A stretch of 64,000 nucleotides of DNA from Octopus vulgaris (Eukaryota): contig OX597822.1 in NCBI GenBank assembly GCA_951406725.2, positions 114,886,001 to 114,950,000 of the forward strand. Reading direction: 5' to 3'. The translations under genes were made by a program, and so were the position numbers. Shown piece after piece: positions 52,025-64,000 of this stretch. The notes under the pieces were generated by a model. The model saw nothing but the letters and a program-made list of their open reading frames with translations, had not been told where the DNA came from and searched no databases. Position 1 is the first letter of the stretch. Each line of letters starts with the position of its first letter.

Positions 52025-52457
52025 AAGCACAAAGCCAGTAGCTTCAGGGCACGGTGTTAGTCGATTACATTGACCCCCACTATTTAATTAGTCCCTTAAT
52101 GTTTTGTTCTGAAAGAATGAAAAGTAAAGCTGACATCGGTAAAGTTGGAAATGAGAATGTAAAGAGCAGGAATAATTAGTGCACATCAGTTTCCCCCGAC
52201 TTCCTTACCATTCTGCCATGCCAAAGCCTACAGCTCTCGCTGTAATAATGGTTCCAAATTTTGCCACACTGGCAGTAATTTTTGGGGGAAGAGATGAGTC
52301 GATTACATTGACCTCAGTGTTCAACTGGTACTTATTTTATCGACTCCCGAAGGATGAAAGGTAATGTCGACCTTGGTGGAATTTGAAATCAGTGACGGGT
52401 GAAATACTACAAAGCATTTCGTCAAGTGCGCTAACGATTCTGCCAGCTTGCCGCCTT
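52025..52457 (-). mobile_element. Two diverged SINE family B copies
   Basis: gtcgattacattgacc...aactggtacttattttatcgac...gctaacgattctgccagcttgccgcctt. Confidence 0.75.
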
Positions 52458-53934
52458 GCTCTCACTATAATAATAATTATTAACGGCAACACAAGATTGT
52501 ATATCTGTAGTCTGCGATAAAGTAGATTAAATCTACAAAACTGAGTCCTGTTTGTTCCAGTAAACCCTTCAAGGCGGCACCCCAGAATGAATCCAATCAA
52601 ATGACTGAAACAAGTAAAAAAAGGAAAGGTTGAGTGAATTTAATTTACTTTACAGGAAAAGTAGTTACAGACGATGCGTCATTTGTGATAGTTTTAAATG
52701 GATTTTTGTTTTTTAATCAGAAAAGAATCGGCGGACCGTGAACTGGTTTTTATTAACTAAAGTGTGTATGATGGTGAAATTCACCGATAAAATTTATGCA
52801 CCCATTCTTTAACAATGAACCACGTGATGAAAATGGTGAAATATGAGAAGTTAAAATAACAGAGAATTTTGAAATAAAGAGTTCAGCGATTTATTGTACT
52901 ATTTCTGGGATGCGCTAATTAAAAGAAACATCTTCAAGCACTTCTAACTCATGGATTTTAAAGGCATTCTTATTATATGAATATATAATGTGGTTATGGG
53001 ATTTCACATTTTTCATTGCTAAATCTAATAACATGAATCATCTAGGATTGAAATGCTAATAACAAGGTCGTTGGTTCAGCGTTGCTTGCAACTGAATTGT
53101 AAAAACAGATTGTGGTACATTTTTCAGCACTGAAAGACCTGAAAACCGAATTGATGTTACGGGTTCAAAATAGGTTTCCGGGTTTATACAATTATGAGAT
53201 CAGATTTCAAATATGCAGAACTTCTTGTGATAGGACACTAGGTGGAGCACTTGATGATATTTTACTCAACTGAATGCCTTTACAATCGGATAATACTTTC
53301 AAATCTAAATATTGAAGTTTATCTATTTTGGTGGAGTTTCCTTAAATTTTCAATAAATATGAGGGCGCTTTGGGCCAATCAAGTATAGAAAATTGCTCTA
53401 TCACTTTCAGATGCGAAGTTTTTTCTTAATATTACATTTAAGTAAGAACTCCGAGTGTTGCTTAATATTTGTTCTGTACAATGTCTCTGAGTATTGTAAA
53501 CCAATGCAAAAACAACCACCGTATAAGTTACATTAAATTTAAAACGGTCTACTCTGTTGATTCTTCGGTGTCTCTGCTTTAGAAGCATTATAATTATCGC
53601 ATTAATTAAGGCGTTATAACAGTTTAATTAATGTTGCTAAGTGTGTTCATGCATGATATTGTAAAATTAATGATTCATTATTTTTCCTAACATAGGAGCG
53701 CCTCAACATGCTGTTGTCAGTATTTCGTTCACAATACTAAAAAGGTTCGCCAGAACTGCTCTACACTGTCAACCAATCTATAGAAATAACAGCCATACAT
53801 CCTAAAATCTTCAGATATAAGGTTAAATAGATAAATATAATTCAAGAAATCCAACATCATTTTTAAATATGACGAGATAGTCACGACTGAGACGCTGCTG
53901 ACTGTAAATATTTTTGAATAAGGTTGATCAAGGC

Positions 53935-54429
53935 CAGGGATCATCGAACTTTTTTCACAGCGGGCCAGATAACAGAGAGAATGATGAGTGCGGGCCTCAT
54001 AACTGTTTAGTTCAATACAATACACTGAATACACAAAAAATAGAGAACCAACATATTTATATTACGAAAAAGTTATCGAAGAAAGCGACGTTAGCAGTAA
54101 TATAGTTATAATCACAGCCAGGGGGCAGATATCCGAATCTCACAAACTAAGTAGCAAAAGGGTTAATGAGATTTGTGAAGCTGATGGTTAGCTTTTAAGA
54201 GATCATCTTAAAGAGAATTGCTTTCAAATGTTCATCAGTCAACCTCGTTCGATGTGCTGACTTTACATACTTCATTTTTGAAACTGTTTGGTCAGAGACA
54301 TAAGTTGTTCCAAACACTGATGCCATACCAGAGGCAAATGAACTCTCATTACAGGTACTTACACAAAAGGCACAGTGAGGAAGTGGGCCGGGTGAACCCA
54401 CGTCGCGGGCCGTAGTTTGGTGAACCCTG
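53935..54429 (-). mobile_element. Internally deleted hAT (Charlie/SPIN-like) element retaining the hATC dimerisation domain
   Basis: Termini caggg.../...ccctg. Imperfect 8-bp TSD atcaaggc/atctagga. Translation MASVFGTTYVSDQTVSKMKYVKSAHRTRLTDEHLKAIL. Confidence 0.8.
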
Positions 54430-55624
54430 ATCTAGGAAGACATCAGCAGTAACACCAGCTACTAATGCTGTCGGCATTGAATTGATGGTAAACGTAACCC
54501 ATGCTAACAACATATTTTACTAAGAAAGTTTTGGACATCACTAAACACCTGACTATTACCACCGATGCATAGAACCCAGAAGCCGTTTAACAGGTCGGTT
54601 TCTCATTTAGGTACGACCCTACATATTTGAGGGCAACCGGTGAAGTCAGTTAAATACATTCAGTACATGTCTAGAAGATATGTCATTGACCTTGAAATCA
54701 AAAGTAAAACAACACCGAAACGAAAGTGTTAAAATATTTAATCTTCTACACTCGACAGCTTCTGGTATTTCGCTATCATCAAATCCATTATAATTAATAA
54801 GAACATTGTTATTTCCTTTGCTTTTTTTTGTCTTTCTCTCTCTAGAATTGTGTGATTAGTTTCTTTATTTTTCTAATTTATTTTTCTCATTTCATTTAAC
54901 AGAAATAATTTTCAAGCTAAAGTTGTTTGTTTTCGTTTGTCTTTATGTTATTTAAGTTCAAGGAGTTAATGACTTTAACAGGAGCGTTCATTTAAAGACT
55001 GCCATCTTAATTTACTTCTATTTCAAATTCTTTTAGCAGCTTTGTGCCAAGCAGAGGTCGACCGTATAGCAAAAGCAATTCAAAGAAGCAGAGAACTCTA
55101 CAGATATCTAAAGTATTTTTATCATCTCATCAGATTTATTTTGCTGTATATAATCAACACAAGTGCTCCAAGCTGCTCATATAAATTTGACAGTTTCAAA
55201 CAGCAATAGTAGTAATTAGTAGTAATTTTGTTTCTCACAGGGGATTGATTTGAACGTTTGCTGACGTGGATCATTAGGTGTATGGAAACGAATAGAATGT
55301 TTGCCTATTTGCTTACAGGCGGTGAAATAGCCGAGTCGAGAGAGAAGTCCGTCAACGTACTGTGTTCAAATTCTACCGAAATCAACTTTGCTTTTTATCT
55401 ATTTAGGGTCGATGAATTACCAGTAAAGGATGGTGAATGACGGGATTTCTTTGACTTAACAACAGGCAGCATGAGACGTGCGAGCATACTATCCATGGGC
55501 AACTGCTAGTTTTACATTACGCAGGGTTGTGCTTTGGAGAGGAACCTTTCAGGTGTAAATCTATGGTTTGGCAAGGCATAAGAAAGCTCCCGGAATAATT
55601 AGATTCTTACAGGAAAAAGGAATA

Positions 55625-56033
55625 CTCTTTACTCTTTTACTTGTTTCAGTCATTTGACTGTGGCCATGCTGGAGCACCGCCTTTAGTCGAGCAAATCGAG
55701 CCCAGAACTTATTCTTTGTAAGCCTAGTACTTATTCTATCGGTGTCTTTGCCGAACCGCTAGGTTACGGGGACGTAAACACACACCAGCATCGGTTGTCA
55801 AGCGATGTTGGGGGGACAAACACATACATACATACACACACACACACACATATATATATACATATATACAACGGGTTTCTTTCAGTTTCCGTCTACCAAA
55901 TCCACTCACAAGGCTTTGGTCGGCCCAAGGCTATAGTAGAAGACACTTGCCCAAGGTGCCATGCAGTGGGACTGACACCGGAACCATGTGGTTGGTAAGC
56001 AAGCTACTTACCACACAAACATTACTACGCCCA
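55625..56033 (-). mobile_element. SINE family C, full length and well preserved
   Basis: (tactcttt)n tail, full body, head ending ...ctacttaccacac. Confidence 0.92.
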
Positions 56034-56393
56034 TAGTGAAAATAAATTAAATATATAATATAATAAAGGTAGAGTTGAGCCTGAAAAATCTCGCATGTCT
56101 AAAATTCAAGCTGCAAGAATACAGTAAACGAACAGCTTTTACAACTTAACATTTAAAAGAATTATTTTATGGCCCAAATCAGGCTTGTGAATACTTACAA
56201 TGTAAAAAAAAACAAAGGCGATTCACAGGGCATTTTGATATTAAGGTAGAAATGAAAATGATGGTATAACACATCCAGGTACACATAGGAGTGGTCAAAG
56301 AAAAACAGAATGGTAGCAATAAATAAGGAAATATCAACAATCTTTGTCTGAGGAGTCACAGTTTGAGAAATTCGCTGCATGTTTCTACAAGTA

Positions 56394-57657
56394 TTGAGTC
56401 ATCTCATAAATAATGTGGTGTTTTCAATTGCATTAACTAAAAATCGGAGGGGATCGGAATAATCTACCTACATGAACTTGCTATAAAAGCAGGTAGTAAT
56501 TTTACCTTGTCCTTATTCTTAGTGCAAGAGTTCAGTTCGATTTCAAAGCTATAATGGAAGTGACAAAGGAGCAAATTCAGCATATTTTGCTTCATGAGTT
56601 CAAGAAAGACAACAAAGAAACGGAAAGTTCAAGGAATAGTAATGCTGTATATGGAGATCAGACAATATGCGTAAGTCAGTGCCAATGGTGGTTCCAGAAA
56701 TTCCGAGCCGGAAACTATAGCCTAGAAGACGAGCCTCGTCCCGGAAGAGCTGCAGAGCTCTCGATGAGAACGTCCTGAAAACACTGCTGGAACAAAATCC
56801 CATCGTAACTGTTGAGGAACTAGCAGAGAAGCTTGGATTTGGTCATTCAACCATTCATCGACTCTTGCGTGCCATCGGAAGAGTCAGAAAACTGAATGAA
56901 TGTGTCCCTCACAAACATTCGGAGTCTAATCGCGCGCAGAGAGTGAACGTGTGCTCTTTTTTGCTGTCACGTCTCACGAATAAACCTTTTTTTGGACTGA
57001 ATAGGAACTGGTGACAAGAAATGGGTTCTATATAGAAATGTCAAGTGCCGAAGACAGTGGGTAAGGAATGGAGAAACACCAGCACCCCAGGCTAAAGATG
57101 GTCTTAATCCACGTAAGGTGTTGTTATTCGTTTGGTGGGATATGAAAGGTTTAGTCCATTTTGAACTTTTAAATCCAAACCAAACGATAACAAAGGAGAT
57201 CTACTGCGAGCAGCTTGAGCGGCTTAAGTCAGCGCTAGAAGAAAAACGACCATCTTTGGTTTCAAGCTGAAAAGTGTTCTTCCGTCAGGATAATGCTCGG
57301 CCATATGCAACAAGGATTTCATTCCAAATGCTGGAGCTGTTTGAATGGGAAGCGGCGCCGCACCCAACATATTCGCCGGACAATGCTGTATCTGATTATT
57401 ATTTGTTCCGCAGTCTTCAAAATCATTTGGACCGAAAAATATGAATTCTGTAGATGAGGTCAGAACAGTACTGGAAGAGTATTTTTTGTTACGGACAAAT
57501 GTATTACGGAAAAGTGGCCTTGCAAGTCGACCAGATAGATGGAAGAGGATTGTACAAAATGGAGAGAATATTTTAGATTAAAAAAGAGCTTTGTAGATAT
57601 TAATTTTGAAAAATAAAAGAAGTATAAAAACAACGCAATATTTATGGGATGACCCAA
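56394..57657 (+). mobile_element. Full-length mariner transposon (mellifera-like), transposase pseudogene from 56554
   Basis: TIRs ta|ttgagtcatctcataaata and tatttatgggatgacccaa|ta. MEVTKEQIQHILL..WFQKFRAGNYSLEDEPRPGR, TGDKKW, VWWDMKG, QDNARP, HPTYSPD.A.SDYYLFRSL. Confidence 0.92.
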
Positions 57658-57973
57658 TATATAACTTCTACGGATTCATTATAATTCATTATATCATAAT
57701 AATATCTTTTTATTAAAATGTATTTCCCATGTTGTAATGTAAAATGTAACGTAACGTGGAATTAAAAATAGACCAAATAGCTCTTGTTTATATACATACA
57801 TACTTTAATCTCATGGTGCTTTGTTTTACTAGATAGCAATACTCTTGTATTGCACTATTTAATGATTTTTTTTTTAAAGCATTTTCACTGTTCGCGATTC
57901 TGTTAACGGCTCAGGCGTTCAAGCAAGTATACTGGCAGCACTAATGTAGCAGCATTCAGGGTTATTTCTGGTG

Positions 57974-58049
57974 AATCTACCTGAAGAGAACTAATAAAAT
58001 TTACGTTAACAAAGGTATTTTGGAGAGTTCGAAACCTAGGCCCTAGATT
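57974..58049 (+). ncRNA. Type I hammerhead ribozyme motif, two apparent mutations, in a PLE-like 3' end terminating at (TA)n at 58223
   Basis: aatctac-CTGAAGA-gaact...agttc-GAAA-cctagg-cc-ctagatt. Confidence 0.65.
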
Positions 58050-58220
58050 ATCCGCATATATTTATCTAATTTTCTCCCTACAGGTAAGATGAAATTTTTT
58101 ATCTTCGCCGCCCGCAAGCATCTTTCTTTGCCAGTAAATACACAGTGAAGCTTTACTATAGCATCGTATATTATTGGCTGCTATTTCCAGTAAATATTGG
58201 TGCATTTTTATACCACTATT

Positions 58221-58283
<63 letters not shown>

Positions 58284-58377
58284 CGTATATATACATATAT
58301 GCATATATTTATACATACGTATATATATATATATATACATATATATTGATATATATATATATATCTATATATATCTA

Positions 58378-58416
<39 letters not shown>

Positions 58417-58432
58417 ATGTGTGTGTGTGTGT

Positions 58433-58467
<35 letters not shown>

Positions 58468-58469
58468 GC

Positions 58470-58668
58470 GATAGTGGGGAGGAAAACACAGACACAAACA
58501 TATATATACAACGGGTTTCTTTTCTGTTTTCGCCTCCCAAATCCACTCACAAGGCTTTAGTCTGCTCGAGGTTATAGTAGAAGATAGTTGCCCAAGGTGC
58601 TACGCAGTGGGACTGTATCCGAAACCTTGTGGTTGGGAAGCAGGCTTCTTACCATACAGCCACGTCTG
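58470..58668 (-). mobile_element. SINE family C 5' part
   Basis: aaatccactcacaaggcttt...gcccaaggtgctacgcagtgggactg. Confidence 0.8.
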
Positions 58669-58846
58669 TTTTTTTCCCTCTTTCACTTTCAACTTCGACT
58701 GGCTTCAGTAATGTTTCCCCTGGAATGTTCCGATTACGGTTTTTTGAAGTGATGAGATCTGCTCATTCTTCTATTAAAAATGAGTAAAAAACAGTTATAA
58801 TGAGCTGACGTTTATCCATCGTCTGATATTCATTTGTTTATATATA

Positions 58847-60031
58847 TTAAGTTGTTCTTGCGGAATTTTAAATTTTGGTTTTAAATTATGTATTTTCAAA
58901 TGAATTTTCGTTAAATTACTTTCACTTTATATGTCATTTTTAAGCCCGTTTTTTCGCTCTATCTAATCGTATTACTCTTTTCCTTTTTGAATAATTAGGC
59001 CATTTTTTTTCGGAACGTTGAATACAACATGGACAAAAAGCAAATTTGCACAATTTTCTTATTCCAGTTCAAGCTAGGCCGAAAAGCTGCTGAAACAGCT
59101 CGTGTTATCAATGATGCGTTTGGCCCAGGAACCACTAATGAATATACAGCACAATGGTGGTTCAAGAAATTTCGTAGCGATGACTAGAGTCTTGAAGATG
59201 ATAAGCGTAGTGGTCGGCCATCGGATGTTGGCAACGATCAACTAAGAGCCTTAGTGTAAGCCAATCTACAACGCAACGTATACGACAATTTCCAACCACT
59301 TGAAAGAGATTAGAAAAACAAAATTACTTGAGAAATGGGTGCCGCACGAATTGAACGACAACCAAAAACAAAAAAATTCCGTTTTGAAGTGTTGTCTTCC
59401 CTTCTTTTACGCAACAAGAACGACCCGTTTCTCGACCGGATTGTGACTTGCGATGAAAAGTGGATTCTTTACAACAACCGGCGACGCTCAGCTCAGTGGT
59501 GACTGTTTGGTGGTCTGCGGCCGGTCTTATCCATCACAGCTTTTTGGATCCAGGCGAAACCATTACGGCGGAGAAGTACTGTTAGCAAATTGATGAAATG
59601 CATAGGAAACTCGGACAACAACAGCCAGCTTTGGTCAATAGAAAAGGACCAATTCTCCACGACAACGCTCGGGCGCACGTTGCACAACTGACCCTGCAGA
59701 AGTTGAACGAATTGGGCTACAAAACTCAGCCTCATCCGCCATACTCGCCAGACCTCTCGCCAACCGACTACCACTTTTTCAATCATCTCGATAACTTCCT
59801 GCGTGAGAATTGCTTCAAAAACCAAGACGATGCCAAACATGCCTTCAACGACTTCATCGCCATCAGAACGCAGGATTTCTACGGTACTGGCATAAATAAA
59901 CTTGCTTTGCATTGGCAAAAGTGTGTTGATTCTGATGCTGGTTTTTCCGATTCATAAAGTTTTGTGTGAGCCGAGATATGTGCATCTGAATTTAAAGGTT
60001 AAAAACCGCAAGAACTTTCTTGACAACCTAA
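58847..60031 (+). mobile_element. mariner transposon (cecropia subfamily, Hsmar1-like), transposase pseudogene 59029-59957
   Basis: MDKKQICTIFLFQFKLGRKAAETAR.INDAFGPGTTNE.T.QWWFKKF, WVPHEL, IVTCDEKWILY, LHDNAR.H, HPPYSPDLSPTDYHFF. Right TIR aaaaccgcaagaactttcttgacaacctaa|ta. Left TIR has a deletion. Confidence 0.92.
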
Positions 60032-60110
60032 TACACGCCTACACTCGTATATACATATATATATACTTTCTATACCGTGTTATATTCAGTGTGTATTTGT
60101 ATGTGTATAC

Positions 60111-60165
<55 letters not shown>

Positions 60166-60336
60166 AGCAGTGTGTATGTATGTATAAGAGTTACAAGTTT
60201 ATTAATACTGTGTTGTGCAGGATACCAGTAAATTGGTGAGGTGGTCCCTGGATATATACTAATACGAATTATCAGAGATCCAGAAATAGTACCTACACAC
60301 ACACATATACACGCACACACACATGCACACACGCTC

Positions 60337-60374
<38 letters not shown>

Positions 60375-61258
60375 ACACACATGAGCACGTTTATAATCTG
60401 TGTGTACTTGTGTGCATGAAACGACAATGGAATGAAATTATGAAATCGAATAATAGCTTGAGTTTCAATGAAACCCATTTTACAGTTTCAGGCATTGCTG
60501 GGTTCTACGGTAATTAAAATTCTTTCAGTCTGGCTGAGTTCTATTCAGCGTTCCCACACAACGCCTTTCCATTTGTGCTATTTTATGTACCAGCTTGACT
60601 TTTGTCATTTTCCCACAAGCAGGCTGACCGCAGACAAATACTGTTGCGAACAGTTACATATGATATATATATATATATTTTCCTTTATTTCTTTCAGTCA
60701 TTTGCTGGAGCACCACCTTTGGTCCATCAAATCGATCCCACGACTTATTCTATCGGTATTTTTTGCCGAACTGCTGAGTTACGGACACACACACACACAC
60801 ATACATATATATATATCCGACGGGCTTAACTCGGGCTAAAATAACATAAATAATGTAGTATGAACATCTGAGAAACACGGGTTTAGTTACGATTTCCACC
60901 TAAAAATATTTGCTGCACCTAGAAACGTCCAATAATAATAATTCTGCTGCACCATTTCTTTATTGGTTTCTGCTAATTAACCGTAGTTAAGCTTGGAGCA
61001 CTACTTTAGAGGATATAGTCAATTATTATCGACCACAGAACAAGTCTGGTACCCGCATTATGTAGTTTTCGACTGCCGAAGCATGGAAATCTAAATCGAC
61101 TAGGGCCAGATGGTGGTGTTAAGGCCGGGTAACAAATTAATATTATGGAGGAAAGAATTCGAAGAAACTTAAGTAGCGGACACGACAAAAATATTTCGTC
61201 CAATTATCTACTGACTGTTGCTTATCCACCAACCAAATCAATGAAACTTCTAGATAAA

Positions 61259-61311
<53 letters not shown>

Positions 61312-61548
61312 CAATAATAAAAGGGTAAAATTAATTAATTATTAATGTATCAATAATAAAAGGTATGTATTATCAATTTTACCAAGTAGTGTTCAGTATG
61401 TAAAAAGACCATTTACGGTATATTTAAAACATAACGTTGTATAATTAGGCAGTATTAAATCTCGGTTCAGTAAAATCATTTACTTTACCACACACCGAAA
61501 TTTTAGAAATAGCAGCCAAAACATTTTAGCTATAAAATGTTTTGGCTG

Positions 61549-61591
<43 letters not shown>

Positions 61592-61595
<4 letters not shown>

Positions 61596-61822
61596 TTCCT
61601 TCCAGTCTTTCAAAATGTGACCGCGTGTGTACCGTTGGCGATTTTTTTCCCTCTGTCTTCCCTTCTCTGGATCTTTCCTTCTCCTATGTTTCCGACGAAG
61701 AGCTCCGCTAGAAACGTTGAATCCTCCTTCTTTCCTTCTCTCCTGAGCGTCCAGTAATACTATATTTGTTCCACGTCCTCGCGTTGTTGTGTTTTTTTTG
61801 TGCTTTCTTGTTTGGATTAACT
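61592..61822 (+). mobile_element. Hammerhead-bearing PLE-terminus-like repeat, copy 4
   Basis: Same sequence as the 26 kb copy with point changes in the ribozyme. Embedded in (TA)n on both sides. Confidence 0.85.
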
Positions 61823-61845
61823 TTATATATATATATGTGTGTGTG

Positions 61846-61925
<80 letters not shown>

Positions 61926-62402
61926 ACTGAGAGAATTGCTAAACAAAGAATGGGTTTACACAGAAGAATCCCTCGGGTGTAAACAGGTAGAGTGACCTAT
62001 TTCAGGTAACTTTGTTCGGCCGATCCAATAAAGCTGTTTCAGTGAACTGACCGGTAGATGGCATAAATCAATAGAAAGTTCTAAAGGGACCCATCCTTTG
62101 AAATATCTGCATCAACTTCCGGCTTATTGATTATATAGTCAGAACGTACACAATTGTGTAACATGCCTGCCAGCCAGTGCATATCTCACTTGCTTGACTA
62201 GTCGTGTCACGTTGAATGGAGAAAAGTTCTAGAAATAAGTCAAGACGGGTGATGGCAGTGCTAGAGGTGGTGGTTGTTGTTGTTTTGGTGGTGGTGGTGA
62301 CGTGGTGATTTGGTAGTCGGGATCGTTGTTGAGGAGGGCCAGAAGAGGAAGGAGCAAGAAAAGAAAGACAACTTAAACTATAAATACTAGCGTTTAGTAT
62401 AC

Positions 62403-62474
<72 letters not shown>

Positions 62475-62964
62475 AATGTAAATATATATACACGCGCACA
62501 CAGACATACTTTTTTATCTTTTACTTATTTCAGTCGTTGAAATGCGGCCACGCTGGGGTACCACCTTTAAGATTTTTAATTTGACTAATCGATACTAATT
62601 CTATCGGGCTCTTTGCTGAACCGCTAAATTAAGGGAACATAACTAAACAAACATAGATATATATATACAAACATACATGCATACATATGTGTGTGTGTTC
62701 TTTATTTTGCATCTATTTTACAATTTTTACAATATATTTTATTTTTACATAATTATTTTTCCTTACAGATATATTATTATTATATTATTTAGATTTTTAA
62801 TTTAATTTAGTTGTCCCTTATTTTTACTCTGTTTTTTTTACCTACTTGAATTTTACCTTTGCAAATACAGGCATACAATATACAAGATATAACTTTTGAA
62901 ACTTCCTTAGTTTTTTATTTGAATACCTTAAAGAAAGATGTAACATTAGTTTTATAAAAACAAG

Positions 62965-63470
62965 AAAAAACCTGAAGAGATCCAGTCCCATGCAGTTTAG
63001 AATGATAACTAATTCTTAACAGTGGATTTGACCCAAATGCTTCGTGTTGTGAATTACTAAGAGACCAGAATCGAATCATATGTCTTTAGTCTTTAGTCTT
63101 TTAGTCTTTTACTTGTTTCAGTCATTTGACTGCGGCCATGCTGGAGCACCACCTTTTAGTACTTATTCTATCGGTCTCTTTTTGCCGAACCGCTAAGTGA
63201 CGGGGACCTAAACACGCCAGCATCGGTTGTCAAGCAATGCTAGGGGGACAAACACAGACACACAAACACACATACATATATATATACATATATACGACAG
63301 GCTTCTTTCAGTTTCCGTCTACCAAATCCACTCACAAGGCATTGGTCGGCCCGGGGCTATAGCAGAAGACACTTGCCCAAGATGCCACGCAGTGGGACTG
63401 AACCCGCAACCGTGTGGTTGGTTAGCAAGCTACTTACCACACAGCCACTCCTGCGCATATGTAGTTTTTT
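62965..63470 (+). ncRNA. Hammerhead motif split by a SINE insertion (62965-63083 plus 63463-63470)
   Basis: Removing the SINE gives aaaaaac-CTGAAGA-gatccagtc...gaccagaatc-GAAt-catatg-TA-gtttttt, with a 7-bp stem I. Confidence 0.6.
63084..63455 (-). mobile_element. SINE family C, young copy
   Basis: Full head to tail. TSD catatgt at 63077-63083 and 63456-63462. Confidence 0.92.
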
Positions 63471-63593
63471 AGTTTGATTTGTATTTTTAAAAATTTATTT
63501 TTATTTATATTTTAACTTCAAACTATAATACAAATAAATTGACTGTACATCCTCAACACTCCATTTTTTAACTTTATTATTATTATCATTATA

Positions 63594-63650
<57 letters not shown>

Positions 63651-63766
63651 ATATATATATATATATATATAAAAGGAAATGAAGAAAATTTTTTTTTTTG
63701 TCAGCATTTTCTTCATTTCCTTTTTTATATATCACAACTCGTGTTCCACATCTCCTTTTTTAAATA

Positions 63767-63817
<51 letters not shown>

Positions 63818-63821
<4 letters not shown>

Positions 63822-64000
63822 AATTCAAATAAGCATTAAAAGAAAACGAATAATAAAATTAACGGACAAGAGGACGCGCATAAGGATTGTATTGGATTGG
63901 CACTTGGTGAAAAGAGTGAGTTTGACGTTTCGACCATAGCTCTTCGTCGGAAAGAAGAAACGGAAAAGTCTAAAGTAGGAAAATATATCACCAACAGCAC
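63818..64000 (-). mobile_element. Related hammerhead-bearing PLE terminus, diverged subfamily (ribozyme at 63920-63953)
   Basis: Minus strand ttt-CCGACGA-a-gagc tat ggtc-GAAACGTC-aaac with a canonical GUC site. Ends in (TA)n. Confidence 0.75.

Noticed and set aside
59029-59957. Domesticated SETMAR-like gene
   Set aside because: It has stops, deletions and TIRs with no SET domain, so it is a dead mariner copy.

Overview
AT-rich, microsatellite-dense eukaryotic (metazoan) DNA made almost entirely of transposon debris. The SINE families and repeat landscape look like octopus or another coleoid cephalopod, which is an inference from recognition rather than a search. No host protein-coding gene can be called with confidence, and most listed ORFs are microsatellite artefacts. 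Recognisable content: a young 5'-truncated R4/Dong-type non-LTR retrotransposon (RT plus restriction-like endonuclease) in (TAA)n; several Penelope-like element (PLE) fragments (RT plus C-terminal GIY-YIG) piled into (TA)n tracts; three mariner copies; hAT, Merlin-like and Helitron remnants; old CR1/L2/RTE fragments; and three tRNA-derived SINE families. The most interesting hidden structure is a set of about 13 type-I hammerhead ribozyme motifs from several different PLE families, many with a CCGANGA core variant and palindromic stem III. Also notable are head-to-tail SINE multimers that share one fixed junction at three loci, a reconstructable inversion with an inverted duplication that splits a LINE RT, and an unusually long (about 68 bp) duplication flanking the Dong element. 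Repeat boundaries were read by eye and are approximate.
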